From the IMG/VR virus record IMGVR_UViG_3300036770_007539, positions 237,008 to 301,007 of that record: a DNA stretch of 64,000 nucleotides. One strand, given 5' to 3'. The translations under genes were made by a program, and so were the position numbers. Within the stretch, counting starts at the first letter, position 1. The number at the start of each line of letters is the position of its first letter. The notes under the pieces are model-generated. The model was not told the DNA's origin and searched no databases. It worked only from the letters and a program-made list of their open reading frames with translations. Positions 56,963 through 64,000 of this stretch are shown here, piece after piece.

Positions 56963-57080
56963 AGCTTGGTTGGCGGATATCCCTAAACCGCCCGTTTAAT
57001 ATCAAAAGCCTACAAGAAGGATATTAAATGTAAATTTGACTTGTGGGCAGACCTGGGTAAGTCTAAAACTGCCCTTTAAT

Positions 57081-57164
57081 GTCGCTGTGGTGGAATCGGC
57101 AGACACGATTGACTCAAAATCAATTGATAGTAATATCGTATCAGTTCAAGTCTGATCAGCGACA
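57081..57164 (+). tRNA. trnL: tRNA-Leu(CAA)
   Basis: GTCGCTG/CAGCGAC; ATTGA-CTCAAAA-TCAAT; long variable arm; TTCAAGT T-loop. Confidence 0.9.
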
Positions 57165-57200
57165 CAAATTCTCAAGTAACCCAATCCAAAGGATAAAGCA

Positions 57201-57377
57201 ATGAATTCCGATAATAAACAAGCCCTGAAAAACCTCAACGAAGGCGAGGAGATTGTTATCGAGGGAAAAACCTATACTCTGTTCCATAATGAATATGGAA
57301 ACCGAGAGTATAAGGTTTCCCCTCATGCGCCAAAGTGTTATGATAAGGATTGCTACTGGACAGCTAATCCTTTCTGA
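57201..57377 (+). CDS. 58 aa hypothetical protein
   Basis: AAAGGA RBS; hand-translated. Confidence 0.5.
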   Translation: MNSDNKQALKNLNEGEEIVIEGKTYTLFHNEYGNREYKVSPHAPKCYDKDCYWTANPF

Positions 57378-57503
57378 TAATATTTAAGGTTGACCGTTTC
57401 CTCCATGAAAAACGGCAGCGGTTTCCGGTAATCCCTTAGGTATTAAAACCGGGTATTGTAAATCCAAGCCAAATCTTTAACTCCAAGATAAAGGCAAAGA
57501 CAA

Positions 57504-57698
57504 ATGAGCAGCTATTCCATTGTTATCGGGCGTTTCGAGTTTGGGGATTCCGAGATGTTTTCGGTAATCCAAACCAATAATATTGAGGAGCTTTCTCCTG
57601 TGGATCGGGATAATCCGCACTTTGGTAAATGGGTGGATATGGTTTATACCACCTTTTCAAAGGGGCGGCTTTTCCATGATGAGAAAAATGGTTCTTAA
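57504..57698 (+). CDS. Hypothetical protein
   Basis: 64 aa ORF. Confidence 0.45.
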   Translation: MSSYSIVIGRFEFGDSEMFSVIQTNNIEELSPVDRDNPHFGKWVDMVYTTFSKGRLFHDEKNGS

Positions 57699-58083
57699 TG
57701 GTCGCAGCCGTCATTATCAGGATTTAGATATGACTGAAAAAGAAATTCAAGATCGAATCAATGTGATTAAAAATTTAGCTGCTGAATATCAAGGATATCA
57801 AGAGCAGAATAAAAGTTATAAAAGTTTAGCCGGTGAATATAAATGGAATGATTTGGATCTTCCTCCAAGGAAAAAGTTATCTTTTACTACTATCAATGGA
57901 ATTGACTTTTACATGGTAGGTCGTAATTCCAGTCAAGATTTTTATCTTGGATTAGATTCAAAAGGAAATTATTGGATTCGTTCTTTGGAAGTAGATTCTT
58001 ATAACGAAGATGGCGAACCTGAATATAAAGAGGATATTCACCAAGTAGATAATTTGGAATATGCTTATTTAGGTCATCTATGA
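57676..58083 (+). CDS. Hypothetical protein (start uncertain)
   Basis: Long open frame. Confidence 0.55.
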   Translation: MMRKMVLNGRSRHYQDLDMTEKEIQDRINVIKNLAAEYQGYQEQNKSYKSLAGEYKWNDLDLPPRKKLSFTTINGIDFYMVGRNSSQDFYLGLDSKGNYWIRSLEVDSYNEDGEPEYKEDIHQVDNLEYAYLGHL

Positions 58084-58370
58084 AGATTGAGCTTATAGAA
58101 ATCAAAGATAATCCTGATGGTTCTGCCCAATATATTTTTGAGGTAGATGAGGAACCAGGATTAGTCTAAAAACAAAGGGTTGGGTGGACTCCTGGAAAAC
58201 ACCTTTTGTAATATAAGTGGGTGTCTTTACCTAATACTTTGGTCGGTATTATGGCAGGGCAAGATTTAGATAGACGACCAACTATCTAAATTAAAGGTTC
58301 GACGCCTTTTATTAGCGAGAGCTAATACGCAATAAAGGCACGCACTTATATTACAAACAAATTCGAGGAG

Positions 58371-58604
58371 ATGATTATGTTCAATGTTGACTGGAGCGGT
58401 GCGGTTCCTATTTCTGAAGTTACCCGAAACGAGTGGGCAAAGGAGCTTATCAATAAGCTCCAGGAAAATCCCGAAATGGAATATACTTATATTCTTGGCG
58501 GTGAAAGCATTGTCTTTGCCGCAAAAAGCGGAGATCGAATCCAAGTTTTCGATTGCAAGCTAGTTCGACGGGGAGAAACTTCCCTGGAACCTACCGAGGA
58601 GTAA
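58371..58604 (+). CDS. Hypothetical protein
   Basis: GAGGAG RBS. Confidence 0.6.
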   Translation: MIMFNVDWSGAVPISEVTRNEWAKELINKLQENPEMEYTYILGGESIVFAAKSGDRIQVFDCKLVRRGETSLEPTEE

Positions 58605-58801
58605 ATCCTGAAAAATCCGTGCCAGTTAGCTACTGGCTAGTTAGGACCAACCTAATGAATGAAATGGGGTAGCTCCCATAAAAAAGGGATGTTAACCGAG
58701 TCTATTCGGTGAGCCATAACCGCTGGCTTTGAGTTATTTCAACGGATCGCGTAGGGCGTCCCGAGAAATAACAGCGGTTACTTTTATAAAGGGAGAAAAT
58801 C

Positions 58802-59011
58802 ATGATTAAGCACGCCGTTGAAGGTTCGGAAAACGTATTCGAGGAATGTAATGCGATTCCGGTTCGAGTATTGTTTTCTCCTGGTGGACCTACGGGCGAA
58901 CCTACTTATTATCTAATGCAAGATGATAAGATGATGATTATCTCCCAAAGTATGTTGAAGGCTATTGTGGAGAAAAGCGTGATGGAGGAATCTTATTCTG
59001 AGGAAATTTAG
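58802..59011 (+). CDS. Hypothetical protein
   Basis: GGGAG RBS. Confidence 0.55.
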   Translation: MIKHAVEGSENVFEECNAIPVRVLFSPGGPTGEPTYYLMQDDKMMIISQSMLKAIVEKSVMEESYSEEI

Positions 59012-59039
59012 AGGTGGGAAAAGAAAGTTGTAACGGGGG

Positions 59040-59068
59040 TTGACGGGGAAAAGAAAGAGTGTTATAGT
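59040..59068 (+). promoter_or_regulatory. Sigma70-like promoter upstream of tRNA-Leu(UAA)
   Basis: TTGACG-N17-TATAGT. Confidence 0.7.
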
Positions 59069-59105
59069 AGTGGTGTGAATGAGAGAATAGATTAGCTTAA
59101 TATAT

Positions 59106-59397
59106 GCCTAGGTAGCCCAAAGGCAGGAGGCAGGGGACTTAAAAAATTGAGTGCTCCTTGGGAAACTAAGGAAGTAGAACTGCTCAAATTCGGTGAAACT
59201 CTCTGAAAGGAGACAATACCGAGCCAAGCAAATCGAAAGATTTGAAGGTGTAGAGACTAGACGGGCAGGGTCTAAGGCAATAATCAAATTGCTATGATCA
59301 AGGTATAGTCCAGACCACAACTCAAGAAATTGAGCCTGGTGTGAATCAGGGTGGTAAGAAAATCCCTACAGTGTGGGTTCGAATCCCACCCTAGGCA
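59106..59397 (+). tRNA. trnL: tRNA-Leu(UAA), split: exon 1 59106-59140, exon 2 59359-59397
   Basis: GCCTAGG/CCTAGGC acceptor; spliced anticodon arm GGGGA-CTTAAAA-TCCCT; GTGGG-TTCGAAT-CCCAC. Confidence 0.9.
59141..59358 (+). ncRNA. Group I intron (IC3-like, 218 nt, no ORF) in the tRNA-Leu(UAA) anticodon
   Basis: P AAATTCGGTGAAAC, Q AATACCGAGCC, R AGAGACTAGA, S AAGGTATAGTCC; terminal G; inserted after U34. Confidence 0.9.
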
Positions 59398-59504
59398 CTA
59401 ATGTAGGATAAAGTAGTAAAGTAATAAAGGCGCTGGTTATGATGAAAAATCAAATTAGCGCCTTTATTCTTAGCATCAAGTTTGTCTGAAAAGGAGTTAA
59501 TACC

Positions 59505-59678
59505 ATGCGTAAGTATCTCACCAAGGTTCAAGTTCTGTCTCTTTTCCGAGAATTCGATAACTCCCCCAAAGGTGATATTGTCTGGAAACGTGAAGCCTGG
59601 AATAACTTTACCGATTATCTTTGCAAGGATGGACAAATTTCATCCCAACAATATGATAATTGGACCAATCCGTTCTGA
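59505..59678 (+). CDS. 57 aa hypothetical protein
   Basis: AAGGAG RBS; hand-translated MRKYLTK...WTNPF. Confidence 0.6.
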   Translation: MRKYLTKVQVLSLFREFDNSPKGDIVWKREAWNNFTDYLCKDGQISSQQYDNWTNPF

Positions 59679-59728
59679 CCAATAATTCCTCAAATTCCAT
59701 CTCGTTAGTTTTAGAGAAAGAGGATATC

Positions 59729-60193
59729 ATGGAAATCTGTAGCAATTGCAACGGTGAAGGTTATGAATACTTCGTGGAGGATTTCCGAGAGTTTCGAGAT
59801 GCCTGTTATCATTGTGGTACAACCGGAATGATTGACGATAATAAGGCATACCATGATAAAATCCAAAAGGTTGCCGTATTTCTAGCCCAATGCGAAGTTG
59901 AGGATTATCGAAAAGCGGTGGATTCCAATCCTGATGGAGAAGGTTGGGATTTTCGAGCAGCCGAATCTATGATGAGCGGTTGGGAACTGTACCAATCTTG
60001 TGTTTATAATTATGCTGAGGAGTATCATCATCTCTTGACAAAGATGGATCTTGAAGGTCAAGATTTGCTGATTGCTTGGCATAATCAAGTCTTATACAAT
60101 CTTTGCAGAAATCCGCCTGCTGTTAACTTTGTTCCTAGGGTTACTTATCAGCCAGATTTGTATCAGGTTGATAGTGATGAAATTCCGTTCTGA
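59729..60193 (+). CDS. Protein with an N-terminal DnaJ-type Zn finger
   Basis: CSNCNGEG..CYHCGTTG. Confidence 0.65.
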   Translation: MEICSNCNGEGYEYFVEDFREFRDACYHCGTTGMIDDNKAYHDKIQKVAVFLAQCEVEDYRKAVDSNPDGEGWDFRAAESMMSGWELYQSCVYNYAEEYHHLLTKMDLEGQDLLIAWHNQVLYNLCRNPPAVNFVPRVTYQPDLYQVDSDEIPF

Positions 60194-60206
60194 GAGGGAT
60201 ATTAAA

Positions 60207-60428
60207 ATGCGAAAGAACATTCAGGCTGCTTATTCTGCCGCTATCAATGGTAAGAGCTATTCCACTAAGAATGGTTCTCTTTCGGTAAAAGAGGGGATTA
60301 TCCGTAGTTATGCTATGGAAATCGGTCGATTAATCAATGGAAATGAGATTGAGGTGACTTCCGAAAAAGCTCCAAGTAAGACCACGGCTTGTCATATCAA
60401 GGGTTTGCGATTTCTGGCAGATAGATAA
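60207..60428 (+). CDS. Hypothetical protein
   Basis: GAGGG RBS. Confidence 0.55.
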   Translation: MRKNIQAAYSAAINGKSYSTKNGSLSVKEGIIRSYAMEIGRLINGNEIEVTSEKAPSKTTACHIKGLRFLADR

Positions 60429-60440
60429 GAAAGAGGCAAC

Positions 60441-60698
60441 ATGAATTTTCTCGAGTCTTTTACTAAGATTGTAGCTTCGCTGGAAGCCAGCCAAAAGGAT
60501 CTTAATGACTTGATTGAAATTCGGTCAAGTTATCAAAAGATGCTAAACCATCTTTCTAAAAAGACACCTACTCCCGAAGTTCAAACCCAAATCCAAAAAA
60601 TCTCTCGAGATTTACAATACGCAAACAAACTGATAGCTAAATGTCAAACCGCTATCAAGTTATTTTCCCAAGCTCTTAGCTCTCCAAATCCCAACTAA
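60441..60698 (+). CDS. Helical protein (paralog of 61427..61681)
   Basis: IVA.LE..Q.DLN.L ... LSS.NPN shared. Confidence 0.6.
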   Translation: MNFLESFTKIVASLEASQKDLNDLIEIRSSYQKMLNHLSKKTPTPEVQTQIQKISRDLQYANKLIAKCQTAIKLFSQALSSPNPN

Positions 60699-60701
60699 CT
60701 T

Positions 60702-60745
60702 AAAAGGGGAAGGTTTCCTTAACTGGAAACCTTCCCCTTTTTTTT
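60702..60745 (+). terminator. Rho-independent terminator
   Basis: 17-bp perfect stem followed by a T tract. Confidence 0.8.
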
Positions 60746-61336
60746 GTTCATTATTTAATTATAATAATATAATTAACAATCTCTATTTCAATGTTTTAAA
60801 AAGCAGCCGCCCTAGATATTCTAATATTATATTTACTAGCTTTTTGCTTTTTCTTTTAATTCTTCGCCAGCCATTTCTCATTGCCCTGGGTTTTTTCCAA
60901 TGTCTTTTCATTCTTAGCCCGGTTTAATTACTAAATAACTTATCCATACAAGCGATTAATTGTTTATGATTGTTTATACAGTTATCTTTGAAGGAAATCC
61001 TGGCAAGAAGATAGCACCAGATATTAATTTGACAAGAATCAAATAGCTATAGATAGAAGATTGGGGAATTAATGTAAGTAAGGGTGGCAAAGATAACAAT
61101 AGCGGAAGGGCTACGGCGGCAAATTCTAAGATTATATTTACTAGATAACTTCTTATTATTAAATTACTGGTTCAATTTCATTTCTTATTACCCTTATTAC
61201 TCTTTTCTTTTTCCTTTGCTAGAGGGATTTTCCAAGCATAATTACATTAACATACGCTTGTTTGGTTCCATATATATACTATATAATATAGTGATTAAGA
61301 TTTGCGTGTGTGTGGATACTTTCTGGTAAATGGGGG

Positions 61337-61365
61337 TTGACGATTTAAATGATCGTGGTTAAGTT
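61337..61365 (+). promoter_or_regulatory. Sigma70-like promoter
   Basis: TTGACG-N17-TAAGTT. Confidence 0.6.
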
Positions 61366-61426
61366 ATCTGAGGGTGGGTAGAACAATTAAGGAAAGTTAG
61401 TTATTCCTGCAATTGGAGAGGCAAAT

Positions 61427-61681
61427 ATGAACATTGATATCTTTAATGAGATTGTTGCTGATATGGAATTGGCTCAATCGGATTTAAATCTTCTTTATGC
61501 TGCTCAAAATGATGCCATTGATCAATTGGCTAAACTTGCTATGAAAGCCATTTCAAACGAGCGTTATATTCTTGCGGTAGAAAAGATTGAAAGTCAGCTT
61601 TTGGAAATTGAGGATCTTATTTATGATTCTCGGATGACCATTCAATTGGCTATTAAGGTTCTTTCCTCCAATCCTAACTGA
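61427..61681 (+). CDS. Helical protein (paralog of 60441..60698)
   Basis: Shared motifs as listed for 60441..60698. Confidence 0.6.
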   Translation: MNIDIFNEIVADMELAQSDLNLLYAAQNDAIDQLAKLAMKAISNERYILAVEKIESQLLEIEDLIYDSRMTIQLAIKVLSSNPN

Positions 61682-61694
61682 AAGAAATATCACC

Positions 61695-62321
61695 ATGAAT
61701 TCTATTCTTCGAGCTACCAATAATCTCAAGCCTTTTCTGAATCAAATTGTGGGTTATGTTCGGGTGAATAAAAGTTATATTCATCATAAGAATACTTTTG
61801 AGACTGCGGCATGGTGGGAAGATTCCGAAATTCAAACCGGGATTTATCCTTTGGTTTTGAAGCAAAGCTATTTGGCTCCTTATTCTTTGATCCTATCTAG
61901 TATTTTTTCTGCTAAGGTGACAGATTGTCATTTTGGTAGTTCTCATGATAAGAATCGAATTGGTGGGGATCGAGAGATCCATGTAAATTTTGATATTGTA
62001 GATTGTATCAATAAGACGGGTTATATTTCTGGCGAAGAAAAGGATTTTGTAGTTCATCCTTTTCTGTGGGAAGGATTTATTGAGTCTGCCCGAATTGAAT
62101 TGGAAGAATGTGTTAAGGGTATGAATCAGTCTTATCAAGATTATCATTTTAAGGGAGATGGTAATTATAATGGTAATCTTTCTATGCTGGGTTATTATGC
62201 TCGAAATATCGAGGCATTGACTAAGGCAATTGATGAAATGAAGCGGGTAAAAGATAAGTTTGATAACGCTACGGAATATATGGCTAAGATTTATTCCGAA
62301 AATACTTCTTGGGCAGCTTAA
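61695..62321 (+). CDS. Hypothetical protein
   Basis: 208 aa ORF. Confidence 0.65.
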   Translation: MNSILRATNNLKPFLNQIVGYVRVNKSYIHHKNTFETAAWWEDSEIQTGIYPLVLKQSYLAPYSLILSSIFSAKVTDCHFGSSHDKNRIGGDREIHVNFDIVDCINKTGYISGEEKDFVVHPFLWEGFIESARIELEECVKGMNQSYQDYHFKGDGNYNGNLSMLGYYARNIEALTKAIDEMKRVKDKFDNATEYMAKIYSENTSWAA

Positions 62322-62343
62322 TCTTAATTAACTTAACTGAAAG

Positions 62344-62365
62344 AGCCCCTTTATTGGGGCTTTTT
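62344..62365 (+). terminator. Rho-independent terminator
   Basis: AGCCCC/GGGGCT stem followed by a T tract. Confidence 0.7.
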
Positions 62366-62427
62366 CTTTGGTGGATCTTTAACGATCCAATTCTCGAGAT
62401 ATGGCAAAAAGAAGTTATTTTGAGGTG

Positions 62428-62455
62428 TTGACACATAAAAGTTCGTGGTTATGTT
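62428..62455 (+). promoter_or_regulatory. Sigma70-like promoter
   Basis: TTGACA-N16-TATGTT. Confidence 0.7.
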
Positions 62456-62462
62456 AGGGTAG

Positions 62463-62660
62463 GTGGGAGAAGCAAAGATAAAAAAAGCTGAGAATATCAT
62501 GGATAAGCAAATCAAGGATTATGAAACCTGTGGAGTTTGTGGATATGATCATTCTTATGATTTTCCTGTTCTTTCGGAAGAACAACTTTTGGAAGCGGAA
62601 GCTCAACATCTCGAGTTTGAATATCAATGTTTGAATGACTTTGATTATCCTGGACCTTGA
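62463..62660 (+). CDS. Small acidic protein with CxxC
   Basis: CGVCGYDH; start may be 62499. Confidence 0.5.
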   Translation: MGEAKIKKAENIMDKQIKDYETCGVCGYDHSYDFPVLSEEQLLEAEAQHLEFEYQCLNDFDYPGP

Positions 62661-62684
62661 GTAAATTTTAGAATCGAGGTATTT

Positions 62685-63188
62685 ATGAGCAACGATATGA
62701 CCAAAATCAATCATCTTGTGATTCAAACCGCTGAATATTTGGGTTCTGTCCCAAGCGATGATGATAGTTTTGATGCAAAAATCAAAGTCACGGGTACATT
62801 TAATGGTATCAAGTTTGAAGTATTTGATACCATTGCTGTAGCTTTGAAGCAAGATTTGTATGGCAGATTTTACATGAAAGATTATGAAAGTCATTTCATT
62901 GAGGGAAATGGCGATAATTATCAAATCTTTCTTGATGGTAAGGAAGATACTGCTGACAATTATACTTTGGATTTGTCTTTTAAGGACAAGCTAGATTCTT
63001 TTTTGGATTATATTGGTTGGGATAACGGAAGCGATAAATTGCAAAAGGCTTTGATTCCTTTGAAGAGTCAAATTCTTGAAGTAGAGGAAAATTATTTTTC
63101 TGAATCTATCGGTGATTATCTTGATTCGGAAAAAGAATCCAGAGATCCGCTCGGATATCGTGGGCTTAGCCAATCTGATTTTATCTGA
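62685..63188 (+). CDS. Hypothetical acidic protein
   Basis: GAGGT RBS; 167 aa. Confidence 0.65.
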   Translation: MSNDMTKINHLVIQTAEYLGSVPSDDDSFDAKIKVTGTFNGIKFEVFDTIAVALKQDLYGRFYMKDYESHFIEGNGDNYQIFLDGKEDTADNYTLDLSFKDKLDSFLDYIGWDNGSDKLQKALIPLKSQILEVEENYFSESIGDYLDSEKESRDPLGYRGLSQSDFI

Positions 63189-63218
63189 GGATTTTCGGCT
63201 GGAGAGGAAAAAGCAATT

Positions 63219-63599
63219 ATGAAACGCACTATTGAAATGGAAGATACTTTGGAGTCTCGTGTTAATTCTGCTATTGAGCAGGTTCGCGAGCATTTTCAAT
63301 CTTATCTGAAGGACAATAATTGTACGGAATGTCCTGATGTTTCAGATTTGAATTATTCTGGGGAGGTTCATGAAATTGTAGATAGTTGCGTTCCGGTGTA
63401 TACCAAGGAAATTAAAGATACTTGGTATTTGCATCAAGACGAGCTAACTGAGGCTTATGAGAATTCTGGAATGGGCGATAATTCTTTTGATAATGGGGGA
63501 ATGGTAGCTATTTATTGTTATATTGAGCAAAAGGTTTACGAATGGTTTGATGAGAATTCCGAGGAGATTTTCGAGAATTTCAAGAAGGATCAAGGATAA
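63219..63599 (+). CDS. Hypothetical acidic protein
   Basis: 126 aa, Asp/Glu-rich. Confidence 0.65.
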   Translation: MKRTIEMEDTLESRVNSAIEQVREHFQSYLKDNNCTECPDVSDLNYSGEVHEIVDSCVPVYTKEIKDTWYLHQDELTEAYENSGMGDNSFDNGGMVAIYCYIEQKVYEWFDENSEEIFENFKKDQG

Positions 63600-63603
63600 G
63601 AAT

Positions 63604-63807
63604 ATGCTAAGCACTACCAAGAAGTTTTTTATGCTTGTGGATAATGAGGGAATTGATGCTGTCACAAATTCTTGGAATGACATGAGGGATTATTGTTCGG
63701 AAACTGGCAAAACTGGCAAAGTTTATGTGGTAGAAAATAAGATTCCTTTTGGGGGCAAGGTAGAGGATATTACAACTGTCACTAATTTCTTTGGTGATAT
63801 TAAGTGA
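63604..63807 (+). CDS. Hypothetical protein
   Basis: 67 aa ORF. Confidence 0.5.
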   Translation: MLSTTKKFFMLVDNEGIDAVTNSWNDMRDYCSETGKTGKVYVVENKIPFGGKVEDITTVTNFFGDIK

Positions 63808-64000
63808 TTTGAACAGATGGTTAAGGTTAAACATCTATGGCGAAATCTTTGGCATTTTCTCAGAGGAGTTAATGTGGAGAATTATCGAGGGATTTGTCAA
63901 AGGTGCGGTCAAACCGGACAAGTTCATATTTCGGAAGTGAAGTGTCTCAGGCATAAGTGAATGAAAAAGAGAAATGCGCCATTGGGGGTGGCGCATTTTA

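Larger units (their letters stand above)
44745..57074 (+). ncRNA. Dispersed family of 10 H-type pseudoknot elements (starts 44745, 47855, 52364, 52964, 53572, 54182, 54617, 54996, 56493, 57049)
   Basis: Consensus ACAC-CT-RGGYA-W-GTGT-ATAAAC-TGCCY with compensatory changes in both stems. Confidence 0.75.

Noticed and set aside
33000-58000. CRISPR array
   Set aside because: The repeats are separated by whole genes of variable length, not by 25-45 nt spacers, and no cas genes are present
58650-58680. Hammerhead ribozyme (CTAATGA...GAAA...stem...TA)
   Set aside because: The essential G5 is an A and there is no room for stem II
1-64000. Assignment of a specific host or phage family
   Set aside because: No capsid, terminase or polymerase marker in the window; only sigma70-type promoters and a probable GC-rich host can be inferred

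Overview
This window looks like a fragment of a large (jumbo/huge) dsDNA phage genome in standard genetic code, with no host housekeeping genes and no CRISPR array. It has two arms that diverge at about 32.4 kb. The left arm (1-32.3 kb) is AT-rich and almost all on the minus strand. It carries DNA repair and sanitising enzymes (5'-3' exonuclease, UvsE, Nudix, Fpg/Nei), a sugar nucleotidyltransferase, a virion-type cluster with two triplicated fibre families (Gly/Ala/Asp repeat fibres, and collagen plus LamG fibres), a glycosyltransferase-methyltransferase and a lone IS200/IS605 tnpA. The junction (30-33 kb) shows an extreme mirror-image C/G skew and an 11-bp tandem array. The right arm (33.1-64 kb) is all plus strand and resembles an early/host-takeover region. 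It holds about 60 short genes, including an AcrIII-1-like ring nuclease, two metallophosphoesterases and a P-loop kinase, plus three tRNA genes, one with a group I intron. GC content falls from very high at 33-38 kb to low at 57-64 kb (by eye). The main discovery candidate is the regulatory grammar of this arm. It is built from repeated units: an AT-rich inverted-repeat spacer, tandem sigma70-like promoters, then genes. Between the genes are covarying structured RNA elements: bulged hairpins, anticodon-less tRNA mimics, switch-like long stems with an alternative RBS-proximal hairpin, and a 10-copy H-type pseudoknot. All protein calls come from motif recognition by eye; no database search or folding program was run.
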